Positions 1 through 7,102 of a stretch of 10,542 nt of DNA are shown in pieces (the first letter of the stretch is position 1; each line of letters opens with the position of its first letter). The translations under genes and the position numbers were made by a program. A model generated the notes under the pieces. It saw nothing but the letters and a program-made list of their open reading frames with translations, was not told the DNA's origin and did not search any database. Origin of the DNA: Trichormus sp. ATA11-4-KO1 (lineage in GTDB: Bacteria; Cyanobacteriota; Cyanobacteriia; Cyanobacteriales; Nostocaceae); NCBI GenBank assembly GCA_019358915.1, contig JAHHIM010000070.1, forward strand, positions 1-10,542. The letters run 5' to 3'.

Positions 1-87
1 AATTGGTATGAATTGCAAAGGAACTTATTCACTTTGGTTGTGCGTGATTACATTGTAGAAAATCTTACCAATACTTGTGCTGCTTAA
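1..87 (+). CDS. Transposase C-terminal fragment (partial, runs off the window): NWYELQRNLFTLVVRDYIVENLTNTCAA*
   Basis: Frame +1 is open from base 1 to TAA at 85-87, about 35 bp before the IS end. The peptide resembles C-termini of cyanobacterial IS701-family transposases as I recall them. Confidence 0.7.
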   Translation, partial: NWYELQRNLFTLVVRDYIVENLTNTCAA

Positions 88-127
88 TACACATGAATGG
101 AATTTTTTGTCAATGCGTAACTCCTAG
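1..127 (+). mobile_element. Right end of an insertion sequence (probably IS701 family) plus CTAG target site at 124-127
   Basis: Exact reverse complement of 10416-10542; identity stops right after CTAG. Ends in ...TGTCAATGCGTAACTC-CTAG, resembling the (G)GA(C/G)TTACGCA termini common in cyanobacterial IS/MITEs. YTAR targets are typical of IS701-family elements. Family call is from recall. Confidence 0.8.
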
Positions 128-1361
128 CAATGATTACTTATCAATATTTTTGAACCTATATGCTGAAATTCATAGCGGTGGATTGAGCTATCAGCAATAC
201 TTACGGGACAGCTTTCAGTATAGTCTGACTCAAGCTTTAAAGTCTGTAGCACAAGAAGTTGCAGGTGTTGAGGCACTAAATTACGTTGCCGCCTGGACTG
301 AGTTACACGCTGACTTTGAGGGTACTGCTGCTGACCGCATCTGGTTGTATGAAATTGGTATGGGGGGTATTGGTGTAATGCGGGCAACCCATGACTTGCT
401 TCGCAACCATGCCGATAAATTCTGGACAACCCTTGCCAACAAAATGACTCGCTGTACCACTGCCCAAGAGGAAGCTTTTTTGCGTTACTTATTAGCACAA
501 CCTGAGTCTTGGTTAGAAGGATGTGCAACTAGAGTAAATGAAATTATAGCAGCAGGTAAATCTAGCGATCGCCAAAATAAAATTGAAGAGTTAATGGCAC
601 AGGTACGGCAACAACTGGGTGTGCCTATGCGCCAAACCCAACTCAAAGCTATCTTTCGGGTTTTTATTCCCGACTACACTCAGCAACTAGGCGATACACC
701 TCTGGTTAACTGGCGTATTTTTCGGGAAATTAACCACGAGTTTCTTCCCTCGTGTGCTGAACAGCTAGGACGTGACCCTACATTTACTGAAGCATCAGTG
801 CTACTTTACCGCAAAGTAGTTAAAGCTAGACGTGACAAACAATCACCACCCTATCCAGAGTTAATGCGCTTACTTGAAATTTACGAAGCCGAATATAGTG
901 CTTCAGATAACGAAGCACGTAAAGCATTTGAAGCAGGGGTAGAACGCAGGATGCTTTTAAATTGTCGCTGCAATTGTTCCAGTTGCCTAGATGACCGCAG
1001 TGGCGACATCGAAGCGCCAGGTTTAAGCCGTCACCTGCTGAACCGTCCCCTACTGACGGAATGGTTAAATCAGGTTCGTACTCCTCAAACCCTAGAATTA
1101 GATGGCACTGTCAGCGGTACTGACATCAGTGAAAGAATGAGAACCTTGCTGGAAAATGGCTGCCAAACAATTTACTTACGGGTAAGAAGCGATAATCTTG
1201 CGTCCCTTTGTGTCACAATTAGCTACTTGACAGACGCAGGTATCGATACAGATATTGGCATGGTTTACCCCATGATTACTGATATTCAAACCATCTACCC
1301 TAACGACTTAAAACCAAACGAATTACCTGTCATTCAAGTAACAGTTCGTCCTATTAAGTGA
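124..1361 (+). pseudogene. IS-truncated C-terminal ~411 aa of a large SF2 helicase-type protein with DUF1998/MrfA-like Zn-binding region (DpdJ-like)
   Basis: The first 17 residues of ORF 75..1361 derive from the IS end/target site. The remainder has YSLTQALK..., IWLYEIGMGGIG and a CRCNCSSCL Cys cluster, the DUF1998-type pattern. It directly precedes a DpdK-like PLD gene. No helicase motifs lie in the window, so the helicase call is inferred. Confidence 0.65.
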
Positions 1362-1371
1362 GGTTCCACCA

Positions 1372-1884
1372 GTGGCAAAGCAATCAACTCAATTGCAACC
1401 CAGTGGTCAGGCAATGCTTTACAACTTTCTGCTCAATGAGATTTTAGCATCACAACTAGAGGGCAGTTACGAGTTTTGGGTTGTCTCCCCTTGGGTAACA
1501 AATTTCCGTTTAGAAAAACCCTACTATGTCTCTTTTGGGGAAATTGTAGAGACAAAACAAGAAGCATTACACCTGTTTGACATTTTGTATCAAATGGCCG
1601 CTAATGGCGGTAAAGTTTACATCACAGTAGGTAGCGATAAAGAGTATTATCCTTTATTGAGACAACTCAGCAATAAAAGCGATCGCATCCAGGTACGAAC
1701 GCTATCAGAATTGCACGCCAAGGCATACGTTGGTCGTTACGGTGCAGTTGACGGTTCCCTGAATTTAACCGCAGGCGGAGTCAATCAAAACATTGAATTG
1801 TACACTTACTACCATGATGAACGGAGTATTGCTCAGTTGCGGCAAGTTTGCACACAGCATTTTGAACAAGGGTTGCCACTGTAA
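1372..1884 (+). CDS. Small phospholipase D-superfamily nuclease, DpdK-like (170 aa)
   Basis: GTG start with GAGGT RBS at 1360-1364. Has WVVSPWVTN and one variant HKD motif, LHAKAYVGRYGAVDGSLNLT...NIE. Size and motif layout match DpdK-type PLDs. Confidence 0.8.
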   Translation: MAKQSTQLQPSGQAMLYNFLLNEILASQLEGSYEFWVVSPWVTNFRLEKPYYVSFGEIVETKQEALHLFDILYQMAANGGKVYITVGSDKEYYPLLRQLSNKSDRIQVRTLSELHAKAYVGRYGAVDGSLNLTAGGVNQNIELYTYYHDERSIAQLRQVCTQHFEQGLPL

Positions 1885-4082
1885 TGTCGTTTCAATATGA
1901 AATTAATCCAAAACTGGGAAGTGTTGACCAAGTGGGACTACGTTTGCGGTGTAATGGTCAAACTCAAGCAGATGAAATTTATCGAGGACTTAGACAAGCG
2001 GGTTTCAAGGTCACTCGCCTGATGTCTTCAAGTCATGAAGATTATACTCATTTTGTTTATGTAACTGCTACAGAAGATAATGTTAGTAGTGCTATACTAC
2101 AAATTAAAGCTAATACCATAGTTTTAAATGATGCTAAGAGCGTCAAAAAAGAATCAAATGTTAAAGACTTTAAATCATGGCAAAGTCTATTTTGTAAAGC
2201 TATCAAACAATTAAATAACGACTATCAAAATCCTGTCAGTTCCGTTCAAGAAATTAATCAAAATCTTCTCGAACAAAAAATTTCTGCTGGACGGATTACT
2301 GAAGTTGAAGACCATTTGCTGCGGCAAGTTGATGTTAATGATAGCAATGCCCTGCGAACATTAATTGCACTTTATGCCAAAACAGAACAGCATGAACAAT
2401 TAGTAGAACTTTGTAAAGCTAAATATAAAACTATTTTGGCTCTGCCTGTTTCTGGAAGGTTAGTAGAGCAGTTAGTAACTGCTCATCTCCAGTATTACCA
2501 ACAAACAAAAGAACAAGAGTTATTAGTTTCTGTACAAGTATTGGCACAAGAATTTTTCCCCGAATTAGAGAGGTTACGCCAAGCCAACGGAGTACGAAAA
2601 CTGTTGAATTTGTCCTTGGTTACTCAAGAACCCTCACCAACAATAGAAGGAGCTACACTCAACGAACAATTGACGCAGTTATTAGAAATTGAACCAGGCG
2701 AACGTATCTCCCAACTGGAGAAACTCAAAGATAAATATCCCAAAGCTATTAATGTACTACTTGCTTTAGCTGATTCTTACGTATCCATTGATAATACTGA
2801 ATATGCTTTACAAATATATCAATCAATTACCGAAAAGACAGAAGAGTTGCAACAACGTCATGCAGAACTACTTTTAAATATTCAACGTTTCCAAGAAGTA
2901 ATTGAATTATTACCTAGTGTAATTTCTGAACTGTCACCAGCATTGGCAGGATTGCGTGGTGCTGCTCTTTATAACTTAGGGCAGAAAATGCAAGCTAGTG
3001 AATTCCTAGATAAGGCTTGGCAAGGAGGTGAACGTAGAGTTCAAATTCTGCTACCTTTAGCAAAATTATGGGCTACAGTTGGCGATCCGGTCAAAGCAGG
3101 GGAGGTATATCAAATACTCCTAGAAACAGCAGATGAACAATTAACATTGTCAGACCTCGCTTTAATAGCTAGAGTTGCTAATCTTGATGGTTTTGGTGAT
3201 ATTTCTGATGAAGATAAAGTTAGTTATTATGAGTTATGTGTAAATTTGGCTGGAGTACGCCTGCGGGATTTACCAGAAGCAGAAGAAATATTAAAAGACA
3301 GATTAGATTTGTGGAAACAGGTACAAAACACGTCAGGAATGCTCAATGCTTATGCTGACTGGCTAGACTGGCTTGCTAATATAGGAAAATGGGAAGATTT
3401 AAATAAAGAACTAGATATTTTAAGAAATTTTGCAATCCAACAAAAAATCAATTCACTCCAGTATTTTGAATTACTTGAAGGGCTGGAAGCATACATCAAT
3501 ATGCAACCTAATTTACGTCAAGGTTTAGCAAATGACTATTTTGGTTTAGCTATTGCTGAAATAGATAACGCATTACGTCAAGAAGAAGCCGAAGAACCTT
3601 TCTTTCAAGATTTGAAACGAGCTTTATTCTGTCTTAACTCGGATTCAGCAAATGAGCTTGTTGAGTATCGCCAACAACGTCGTGCTGAGGCTAGGAAGCT
3701 GGAGGTACAAGTAGCTTCAGATAAAAATACAGCATCAAAAACCCAAAACTTGGCAACCATACGTCTTGCATTGGTCGGTGGTCACCAAACAACTCGAAGA
3801 GAAGTCATCCGTGAATTATGCGAAAACTACGGTTTAGAAAATTATATTGAGGTTGCCCCCTCAAGTGAAGCATATATAAGTCGCAGTAACGTACAGGCAC
3901 AAATAAGCAATTGTAATTTAATTGCAGTAATTACTGGATATATGGGTCATGATTTAAGTCAAATTATATCTGACTTTAAAAAAGATGGCACTTTAACAAA
4001 TGATGTATTTTTTCTAGCTTGTCGTGGCAAAAGTGGTGTAATTCGCGCAATTCTTAATAGGGTGCAGCAAAAAAATGGCTGA
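1884..4082 (+). CDS. TPR/alpha-solenoid protein with C-terminal DUF2325-like Rossmannoid domain, DpdD-like (732 aa)
   Basis: ATG overlaps the upstream stop (TAATG). TPR-like helices include LALADSYVSIDNTEYALQIYQ, RGAALYNLGQKMQASEFLDKAW and LAKLWATVGDPVKAGEVYQ. The C-terminus LALVGG...LIAVITGYMGH...CRGKSGVIRAI fits the DUF2325 pattern. Confidence 0.7.
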   Translation: MSFQYEINPKLGSVDQVGLRLRCNGQTQADEIYRGLRQAGFKVTRLMSSSHEDYTHFVYVTATEDNVSSAILQIKANTIVLNDAKSVKKESNVKDFKSWQSLFCKAIKQLNNDYQNPVSSVQEINQNLLEQKISAGRITEVEDHLLRQVDVNDSNALRTLIALYAKTEQHEQLVELCKAKYKTILALPVSGRLVEQLVTAHLQYYQQTKEQELLVSVQVLAQEFFPELERLRQANGVRKLLNLSLVTQEPSPTIEGATLNEQLTQLLEIEPGERISQLEKLKDKYPKAINVLLALADSYVSIDNTEYALQIYQSITEKTEELQQRHAELLLNIQRFQEVIELLPSVISELSPALAGLRGAALYNLGQKMQASEFLDKAWQGGERRVQILLPLAKLWATVGDPVKAGEVYQILLETADEQLTLSDLALIARVANLDGFGDISDEDKVSYYELCVNLAGVRLRDLPEAEEILKDRLDLWKQVQNTSGMLNAYADWLDWLANIGKWEDLNKELDILRNFAIQQKINSLQYFELLEGLEAYINMQPNLRQGLANDYFGLAIAEIDNALRQEEAEEPFFQDLKRALFCLNSDSANELVEYRQQRRAEARKLEVQVASDKNTASKTQNLATIRLALVGGHQTTRREVIRELCENYGLENYIEVAPSSEAYISRSNVQAQISNCNLIAVITGYMGHDLSQIISDFKKDGTLTNDVFFLACRGKSGVIRAILNRVQQKNG

Positions 4083-4389
4083 TTATACACTTAGAGAAGT
4101 TCAACAACAAGTTGATGCTTGGGTATTAGAAGTTGGCAAAGGCTACTGGAGTCCTCACGAAATGTTAGCTCGGCTAGTTGAGGAGGTGGGCGAAACATCT
4201 CGACTGATTAATCATTTGTATGGCCCCAAAAAAAAGAAGGGTAGCGAACCTGCTCAAGAACTCTCCGGTGAACTTGCTGATATTTTGTTTGCTGTTATTT
4301 GCCTGGCGAATTCCCAAGGCATTGATTTACAAGAGGCTTTTGAGCAGATGATGGCCAAGTACACCACACGAGATAAGGAAAGATACTAA
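4075..4389 (+). CDS. MazG-like nucleotide pyrophosphohydrolase (YpjD-type, single domain, 104 aa)
   Basis: RLVEEVGE and ELADILFAVICLAN give the ExxE...ExxD metal ligands. QQQVDAW and the terminal RDKERY resemble YpjD. Overlaps the upstream gene by 8 bp. Confidence 0.92.
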   Translation: MADYTLREVQQQVDAWVLEVGKGYWSPHEMLARLVEEVGETSRLINHLYGPKKKKGSEPAQELSGELADILFAVICLANSQGIDLQEAFEQMMAKYTTRDKERY

Positions 4390-4424
4390 ATTTAGTAGAC
4401 CGAAAAAATTTTTGATCGCTATAT

Positions 4425-4448
4425 CTAGCAAACTGCTTGCTAGTTTTT
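4425..4448 (+). terminator. Intrinsic terminator of the putative defence operon
   Basis: CTAGCAA-actgc-TTGCTAG 7-bp stem followed by TTTTT, in the gap between the convergent mazG-like gene and dnaB. Confidence 0.7.
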
Positions 4449-4461
4449 ATCACCTAATCAA

Positions 4462-5835
4462 TCACTCAAGGTTTTTGATAATTCCATAAGTCTTATCAAA
4501 GAAAAAGGTTGCTGTGCCAGTATCACCATGCCGTGACTTCGCCATGATCAGTTCTAAAATTCCTGGGTCTGGAGTATCTGGGTTATAGTATTCATCCCGA
4601 TACGCGAGAATAATATTGTCTGCAACCATTTCTAAGATTCCTGACTGGCTCAGGTCACTCATCATGGGACGTTTATTCTGCCTACTTTCTACTCCCCTGG
4701 ATATTTGAGACAGTGCTAAGACAGGAACGTTTAATTCCCCTGCCATTTTGTAAAGTCCCCTGGCCACATCCCCTAGTTCATAACTGCGGTTGCCTCCAGA
4801 GTCTTCTGCCATCATTTGCAGGTAATCGACTATCACCAACCCCAATTTTCCTTCTTTGGCTTTCACTTGACGGCATTCAGAAGCAATTCCAGAAACAGTA
4901 ATGCCCCTTGAATCATTCATGTACAGTGGTAGCTCTGAGGCTATACCTACAATTTTGGCAATGCTGGCGAATTCCCAATCGTCTAAAGGTTTATTACCTG
5001 AACGATGTCTGCGGATGCGATCGCTCTTCAGTGGTGTCAAGTCTAAATGCTTGTAAGCATCAGTTACACTGATTAAACTCCATAGTCTGTACTCCAACTG
5101 CTTTTTCGTCATCTCCAGCGAGAAGATAGCCACAGGTAAATCGTGGAGCAGTATCATTTGGAGTGCGAGAAACAGCGCGATAAAAGATTTTCCCATTGAT
5201 GGCCTCCCTCCGACTATGGTGAGTGTGCCATCTTCAAATCCCAGCATTAAATTATCAAGTTCATGAAGTCCCGTGGGGTAGATGGGATTATCGGAATCTA
5301 ACTCCTCATAAGCAGCAATATTAATCGTGCTGTTGTGTTCTGTATTGGAAGTAAGGGTTTGATTAGATAGTTGAAATACCTTTTGCTCTGCCTGATCTAA
5401 GACAATTGGTAACTCTTTTTGGGTCTCATAACCCAGATGCACAATTTCATTGCCTGCTTTAATCAACTGCCGCCGCAGGTACTTTTCCATTACCAGTCCT
5501 GCTAAAGCGTCAATGTTAACGGCTGACACTGTGCGGTCTACCAAAGTTGCTAATTTATTTCTCCCGCCAATGCGAGTTAACAAGTCGTGGTCAGCAAGCC
5601 AGTTGGTAATTGTGAGCAAGTCGGTTGGTTTACCCTGGCTAAAAAGACGCAGTGCGGCTTGATAAATATCTTTGTGGGCGGTGATGTAAAAGGCTTCTGG
5701 AATTAGACGATCGCAAATCCTGCTGATTGCTTCTGGGTCTAGCATGATTCCGCCCAAAATCGCCTCTTCCGCTTCAATGTTTTGGGGTGGTAGGCGATCA
5801 TTACCTAGCCCTTGAAAATTTAGTTCTTCAGCCAT
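4462..5835 (-). CDS. dnaB: Replicative DNA helicase DnaB, plasmid-type copy, no intein (457 aa from ATG 5835)
   Basis: LPPQNIEAEEAILGG N-domain, Walker A GRPSMGKS, FSLEM, Walker B VIVDYLQ, ALSQISR and AKSRHG. ATG at 5835 (MAEELNFQG) is preferred over the TTG at 5868 because it matches the usual Nostoc DnaB start. Confidence 0.95.
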   Translation of the reverse strand: MAEELNFQGLGNDRLPPQNIEAEEAILGGIMLDPEAISRICDRLIPEAFYITAHKDIYQAALRLFSQGKPTDLLTITNWLADHDLLTRIGGRNKLATLVDRTVSAVNIDALAGLVMEKYLRRQLIKAGNEIVHLGYETQKELPIVLDQAEQKVFQLSNQTLTSNTEHNSTINIAAYEELDSDNPIYPTGLHELDNLMLGFEDGTLTIVGGRPSMGKSFIALFLALQMILLHDLPVAIFSLEMTKKQLEYRLWSLISVTDAYKHLDLTPLKSDRIRRHRSGNKPLDDWEFASIAKIVGIASELPLYMNDSRGITVSGIASECRQVKAKEGKLGLVIVDYLQMMAEDSGGNRSYELGDVARGLYKMAGELNVPVLALSQISRGVESRQNKRPMMSDLSQSGILEMVADNIILAYRDEYYNPDTPDPGILELIMAKSRHGDTGTATFFFDKTYGIIKNLE

Positions 5836-5973
5836 AAGCAATTTGAGATTTTCAATTTCATTGGACAAAGCTTTTGCAACAAGCGATCGCTTACTCTACC
5901 TCTTGCTTCTGGATTTGATATTAAGCTACTCAAGCTGTTTTTCTAGGTTGAATTTTGTGGGTTAGTCACTGAT

Positions 5974-6820
5974 TTATGTTTGTTTGCCGTAATTTTCCAT
6001 AGCTTGCTGTCTCTGTTGCTCAATTTCTTCCTGAAACTTTTTCATCATTTGACTACTGCGGCTGCTTTGAGATTTTTTGGATTGTGTTTGTTGCCAAGCC
6101 AAGAATTTCTTGTAATAAACCTCCCAGCGATTTTGTCCAGCCTTATTCTGATGAGCCAACCAAGCTTCAATGTCGTTGACTGGTTGACTGAGATTTGCAG
6201 TTAATTGCTCACAGAAGTTCAAAAAATTCGCTCGCTCCTCTTCTGAGAGAGTCTTTATAAAGTCTAAATACTTCTTATTAATCTTAGGCTTTTGAAGTTC
6301 TTTCTCCACAAGGCTTTCAGACTCCGCATGGTGCGTGGCGATCGCGCATGGTGCGTCATGATCCACCGTGGTGCGTGACGATCGCGCTCGGTGCATCATT
6401 ACACCTTGGGTGCGCCATCACACCATCGGTGTCTCCAGACACCATTGGTGCGTCATCACACCTTGGGTGTGTCACTACACCATCGGTGTCTCCAATAAAT
6501 TCGGGTATGTCATTGCACCATAATCCCTTTGGCTTCACTTTGGTTCTGACTTGTAATAGCTCTAGATCAATGAATCCCTTTGCGTCTAATTCTTTGAGAG
6601 CGCGGCTTACAGTTTGCCTGTGGACTATTCTCTCTGGTGCTGATAGCTGACGGGCTACCTCGGCAGCATTAATGTCAATCCCTTGGTTATAAGGGTCAAT
6701 GGTTCGGATGTAGTAGAGGACATCCCTTTGTGCTGGTGTAAGTTCGCGGCAGGCTTTCAGCCATTCTTCATGCTGAAGTGGGTAGAAACGTCCCTGAATT
6801 TTTGAAGTTTGTTGTGTCAC
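5974..6820 (-). pseudogene. Putative plasmid replication initiator (N-terminal winged HTH), split by a frameshift into ORFs 6356-6820 and 5974-6399
   Basis: The N-part has wHTH-like LTPAQRDVLYYIRT...INAAEVARQL...HRQTVSRALKELDAKGFI. The two ORFs overlap in different frames only within the repeat array. The total span is 847 nt (3n+1). The gene sits just upstream of dnaB in the same orientation and diverges from xre-parAB. Confidence 0.7.
6330..6519. repeat. Intragenic tandem array of iteron-like units (candidate replication origin)
   Basis: GGT(G/A) unit starts at 6330, 6350, 6370, 6390 (20-bp spacing), then 6409, 6428, 6447, 6466, 6485, 6504 (19-bp spacing). Most 19-bp units are GGTG-N8-CACC plus a 3-bp spacer. 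There is a 57-bp higher-order duplication, 6390-6446 vs 6447-6503. Confidence 0.85.
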
Positions 6821-7065
6821 AGTTCTGGTAATTCAAATGACAGAAAGAAATTTCACCTTTATCTGTTGGATAGAGGCTGATTTTGGAGATGTACATTATT
6901 TACCTTTCATCAACGAATTTTTATATTCAATCGTGACAAGGCGTTCATTTGATGGTTATGCTAGTGGTTTAAAGATTAAAGATATCTCTGATAAAACGCA
7001 CTCCTAGCAAGAGTTTGGTAAGATTAAGAAATACATTACACTTGTTATTTCATCGGACATCACAT

Positions 7066-7094
7066 AGTATAACCGTTAAACTTAAGTATAATTA
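7066..7094. promoter_or_regulatory. Candidate overlapping divergent -10 elements between rep and the XRE gene
   Basis: AGTATAA occurs at 7066 and 7085. These give TATAAC (7068-7073) and TATAAT (7087-7092) on + and TATACT on - at both sites. No convincing -35 element was found. Confidence 0.4.
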
Positions 7095-7102
7095 ACAAAG
7101 CA

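Noticed and set aside
1..9. Window-terminal AATTGGTAT matching the MITE terminus (9870-9878)
   Set aside because: The 9-mer is transposase coding sequence (N-W-Y) at an arbitrary cut point, so the match is probably coincidental.
1..125. Frameshift joining the frame +1 peptide (1-87) to ORF 75-1361
   Set aside because: The frame +1 peptide belongs to the duplicated IS end, not to the helicase-like gene.
124..528. 134-aa minus-strand ORF
   Set aside because: Antisense shadow of the DUF1998-like gene with no recognisable motifs.
124..1884. Assignment as DISARM (drmB-drmC)
   Set aside because: DUF1998 plus PLD also occurs in DISARM. However, the 170-aa PLD size, the long insert before the Cys cluster and the following DUF2325-like gene fit dpdJ-K-D better. 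It is not fully excluded without HMM searches.
1687..5016. HIP1-free 3.3-kb stretch as evidence of recent foreign acquisition
   Set aside because: With only 8 sites in 10.5 kb the gap is not convincing, and two HIP1 sites lie in the upstream genes of the same operon.
5836..5868. 11-aa N-terminal extension of DnaB from TTG 5868
   Set aside because: The ATG at 5835 matches the usual DnaB start; nothing supports the extension.
6330..6519. CRISPR array
   Set aside because: Units are contiguous 19-20-bp degenerate repeats with no unique ~30-40-bp spacers, and there are no cas genes.
4713..6650. Plus-strand ORFs 4713-4901, 5450-5662, 5980-6204 and 6348-6650
   Set aside because: All are antisense to dnaB or rep. 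The repeated peptide in 6348-6650 only mirrors the DNA array.
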